NCBI GenBank assembly: GCA_964428465.1
Contig: CAYRYG010000001.1
Coordinates: 1-35,307, forward strand
Reading direction: 5' to 3'
Length of the DNA stretch: 35,307 bases
Source: an uncultured Gammaproteobacteria bacterium
GTDB taxonomy: Bacteria > Patescibacteriota > Patescibacteriia > UBA9934 > GWF2-40-263
Part shown: positions 31,377 through 35,307 of the stretch, piece after piece
How the letters are laid out: the number at the start of each line of letters is the position of its first letter
How positions within the stretch are numbered: the stretch's first letter is position 1
The notes under the pieces: model-generated
The model's database searches: none
Told to the model about the DNA's origin: nothing
What the model saw: the letters and a program-made list of their open reading frames with translations, nothing else
Translations under genes and position numbers: made by a program

Positions 31377-32392
31377 ACGCTTGGGAATGATTTCGACGGA
31401 ACGGGCGTCTCGCGGTGAAAATACTTCACGTCAACCGCCGGAACGAGATCCTTGCTCCAAGAACGGAAGGCAATCTCGGCGAGCGTCGTATCCCCCTCCG
31501 ATCCGATTACAGGTCGGCCGAGCGCGGGCTGCAGGGCCTCGGCGATCCCGCCATGGCGCGCGGATTTGCACCCCGTCAGGATGATCGGCGCTTCCTCGGC
31601 AAAATACGACCCGATCCGCTTACCGCCCTCCCCCGCCAGATGCTCCGGACGGATCCCACCGGGAACGCCCGTCACCGGATCGTCGGACTGGTCGGCGTTA
31701 AAGACCAGATTGCCGCCGCCATGCGTGTGCGTCTCGACGATCGCGAACCGAAACGCCTGGTTTGGAAAACGCCGGTGCTGCGCCACGAGCCGGCGCACCG
31801 CCTCGATGCCGTTCCCGGCTTCCATGATGCGCAGCATCACCCCTTCCGGCAGCTGGCGGTCCACGTCGTCCAACTCCTCGTGCATCGTCGCAAACCCGTT
31901 CCCGTCGTCGCGATGAAGCGCCAACACGACCCCGTACGGCCCGTCGACGTCGTGCTGCTCATACTGGCGCGCGAGGACGTCTCCCCCATACCGGTGGAAG
32001 GCGCGAATTCCATATTTGTCCAACAGGAACCGCGCGCTCCCGGGGTGGATGTTCTCCACGTACGCGACGGTCGCGAAGAACCCCGGGATCTCGTGGTTGA
32101 ACGCCGCCTTCGGGTCGTCGCTCCCCTCCGGGTTCGTCATCGTGACGTCATACAGCATCGACCGTCCCGGCGTGGTCTCCCATGGCAGATTGAACGCTTC
32201 CATCAGGTCGCGATACAGCTTGGCCAGCTTCGTCGCGTCCTTGCCCTCGGACTCCTCGATGCGATCCGACAGAAACTCGAAAAGCTCGTCCGGGTCCGCC
32301 TTGCGTTCCCGACACGCCTCGAGCACGGCCGTATCCTTCGACTTCGCGACGTCGCGAAAAAACTGCTCGGGGTTCCGGATTTCCAAGTTCAC
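31373..32392 (-). CDS. hypothetical protein (possible His/Cys hydrolase fold)
   Basis: I chose GTG 32392 so that it does not overlap the upstream gene, but the start is uncertain. It contains strand-like [10 protein letters not shown] and [14 protein letters not shown]. No family recognised. Confidence 0.6.
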   Translation of the reverse strand: MNLEIRNPEQFFRDVAKSKDTAVLEACRERKADPDELFEFLSDRIEESEGKDATKLAKLYRDLMEAFNLPWETTPGRSMLYDVTMTNPEGSDDPKAAFNHEIPGFFATVAYVENIHPGSARFLLDKYGIRAFHRYGGDVLARQYEQHDVDGPYGVVLALHRDDGNGFATMHEELDDVDRQLPEGVMLRIMEAGNGIEAVRRLVAQHRRFPNQAFRFAIVETHTHGGGNLVFNADQSDDPVTGVPGGIRPEHLAGEGGKRIGSYFAEEAPIILTGCKSARHGGIAEALQPALGRPVIGSEGDTTLAEIAFRSWSKDLVPAVDVKYFHRETPVPSKSFPSV

Positions 32393-32403
32393 ACGGGTAT
32401 GGG

Positions 32404-33465
32404 TTACTGATACTGGATGAAGGACGGCTGCGGGGTCAGCTCGAGGATTTCTTCCGGGGTGAGCAGCCACGAGCCCGGGCGCAACACGTCGTTGCGATAG
32501 AACAGCTTGAATCCCGTGAACTGTACCGGCTCCGGATAAATGTAGGCGTTGTACGTCGCGTATTTCTGCGACGGCGGGCCCCAGCCGTCCATGTCCATCA
32601 CGATCTGGACCTCCGGGAGCGGCGCGATGTCGTCCGCGTTGGTCACCATCGGGCGCGTGTAGCGGTGGACGATCAGAACCTTCGGCGGAAGATCATGGTC
32701 GCGCACGAGCCCGGCGAGATATTCGGCGGCCGCGTTGACGTGCGAGGCGTCCACGGTGCCGACCACCCGCCCCGGCAGCCCCCGGCCGTTCATGGCGAAC
32801 TCCGGGTCAATGGCGAGGTGAACCTGTGGGAGCTTCAGATACGGCTCAAGTTCCTTGACCTCGACGAGCACGTCGGACAGACCGGCCTGCACCTCGAGAA
32901 TGACGATCCCGTCCACCCGCTCGGCCATCGTGACCGCCTTGTCGATCTGCGACGAGGGCATACGGAAACGGTACATTCCATCCGCGCCCGGACTCCACTG
33001 CGCCGTCACCGCGATGTAGTCAATCGCCGGAACGACCGGCGTCGTCGGGTCCGCCGCCTCCCACTTCGCGACCTCGCCGAGCAGCATATCGACCACGGTG
33101 TCCTCGGAGTACTGGCCGAGCACGCCCATCCCCGTGGAATAAAAATTCCCGTAGTACGCGACGATCCGATTGAACGGCAGCAACGCCCCGACATTCGGAT
33201 ACGGCGCGTCCGTCACCGGCCAAAGCGGCGAAATTTCTTCCGTTGCAGGCTCCGTCACGGCGAGGTCGCTCTCGACGACATGCGCGAGCTGCCGCATCCG
33301 GCGGTCGTATTCCTCCACGTCAAGGACGGGTTCCGGCGGCAACGGTGTCACTTCGGCGACCTCCGCCGTGGCCAAACCGTCCGGCAGAAAAAAATGGGTG
33401 GCAACGACAAGCAAAACAACAAACGCGCTCATGCCCACAACCTGGATGATGGTACGTTTGTTCAT
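32404..33465 (-). CDS. membrane-anchored extracytoplasmic protein, hypothetical
   Basis: 353 aa with an N-terminal TM anchor (VVGMSAFVVLLVVATHFF). GAGGA lies upstream of the ATG. It is co-directional and tightly spaced with the collagen-like gene. Confidence 0.7.
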   Translation of the reverse strand: MNKRTIIQVVGMSAFVVLLVVATHFFLPDGLATAEVAEVTPLPPEPVLDVEEYDRRMRQLAHVVESDLAVTEPATEEISPLWPVTDAPYPNVGALLPFNRIVAYYGNFYSTGMGVLGQYSEDTVVDMLLGEVAKWEAADPTTPVVPAIDYIAVTAQWSPGADGMYRFRMPSSQIDKAVTMAERVDGIVILEVQAGLSDVLVEVKELEPYLKLPQVHLAIDPEFAMNGRGLPGRVVGTVDASHVNAAAEYLAGLVRDHDLPPKVLIVHRYTRPMVTNADDIAPLPEVQIVMDMDGWGPPSQKYATYNAYIYPEPVQFTGFKLFYRNDVLRPGSWLLTPEEILELTPQPSFIQYQ

Positions 33466-33489
33466 GTGTTTGCTTTGGTCCTCAAGCCA

Positions 33490-35307
<1,818 letters not shown>

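Overview
High-GC bacterial window with 37 supportable protein-coding genes. I recognised no rRNA, tRNA, CRISPR array, transposase or integrase. Positions 1-10513 form one co-directional (+) gene string built around NAD / ADP-ribose chemistry. It contains, in order: an ADP-ribosylglycohydrolase cut by the window edge; nicotinate phosphoribosyltransferase; a NUDX14-type ADP-sugar pyrophosphatase with an unknown N-terminal domain, flanked by two divergent nucleoside-hydrolase-like proteins; an 81-aa internally duplicated Cys-rich mini-protein; a 388-aa orphan with a possible DprA/SLOG-like Rossmann region; a single-cluster radical SAM enzyme; and a long glutamine-dependent NAD synthetase. All eight junctions in this string carry the same ~55-60 nt module: a GC hairpin, a CTCTTTCC-type pyrimidine box, a second hairpin, then the SD. 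This string is my best candidate for an undescribed system: NAD salvage / ADP-ribose recycling coupled to three uncharacterised components. Its function is inference only. The remaining 10.5-35.3 kb looks like ordinary chromosome. It encodes a CPBP protease, an ABC exporter, a GNAT, a Zn-peptidase-like protein, SIMPL, TerC/DUF475, glycerate kinase, MsrB, MsrA, a cold-shock protein, two orphan PAS histidine kinases, an MFS transporter, a CxxC-x17-CxxC protein, a YciI-like protein, an SLT-like lysozyme and a collagen-like surface protein. This part has clear TTGACA-N17-TAnnnT promoters, hairpin+TTTTTCTTT terminators, and a recurrent -10 box placed 8-11 nt before the ATG, which suggests leaderless mRNAs. 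The many long Arg/Pro/Gly/Ala-rich ORFs on opposite strands or in alternative frames are high-GC shadow ORFs and were rejected.
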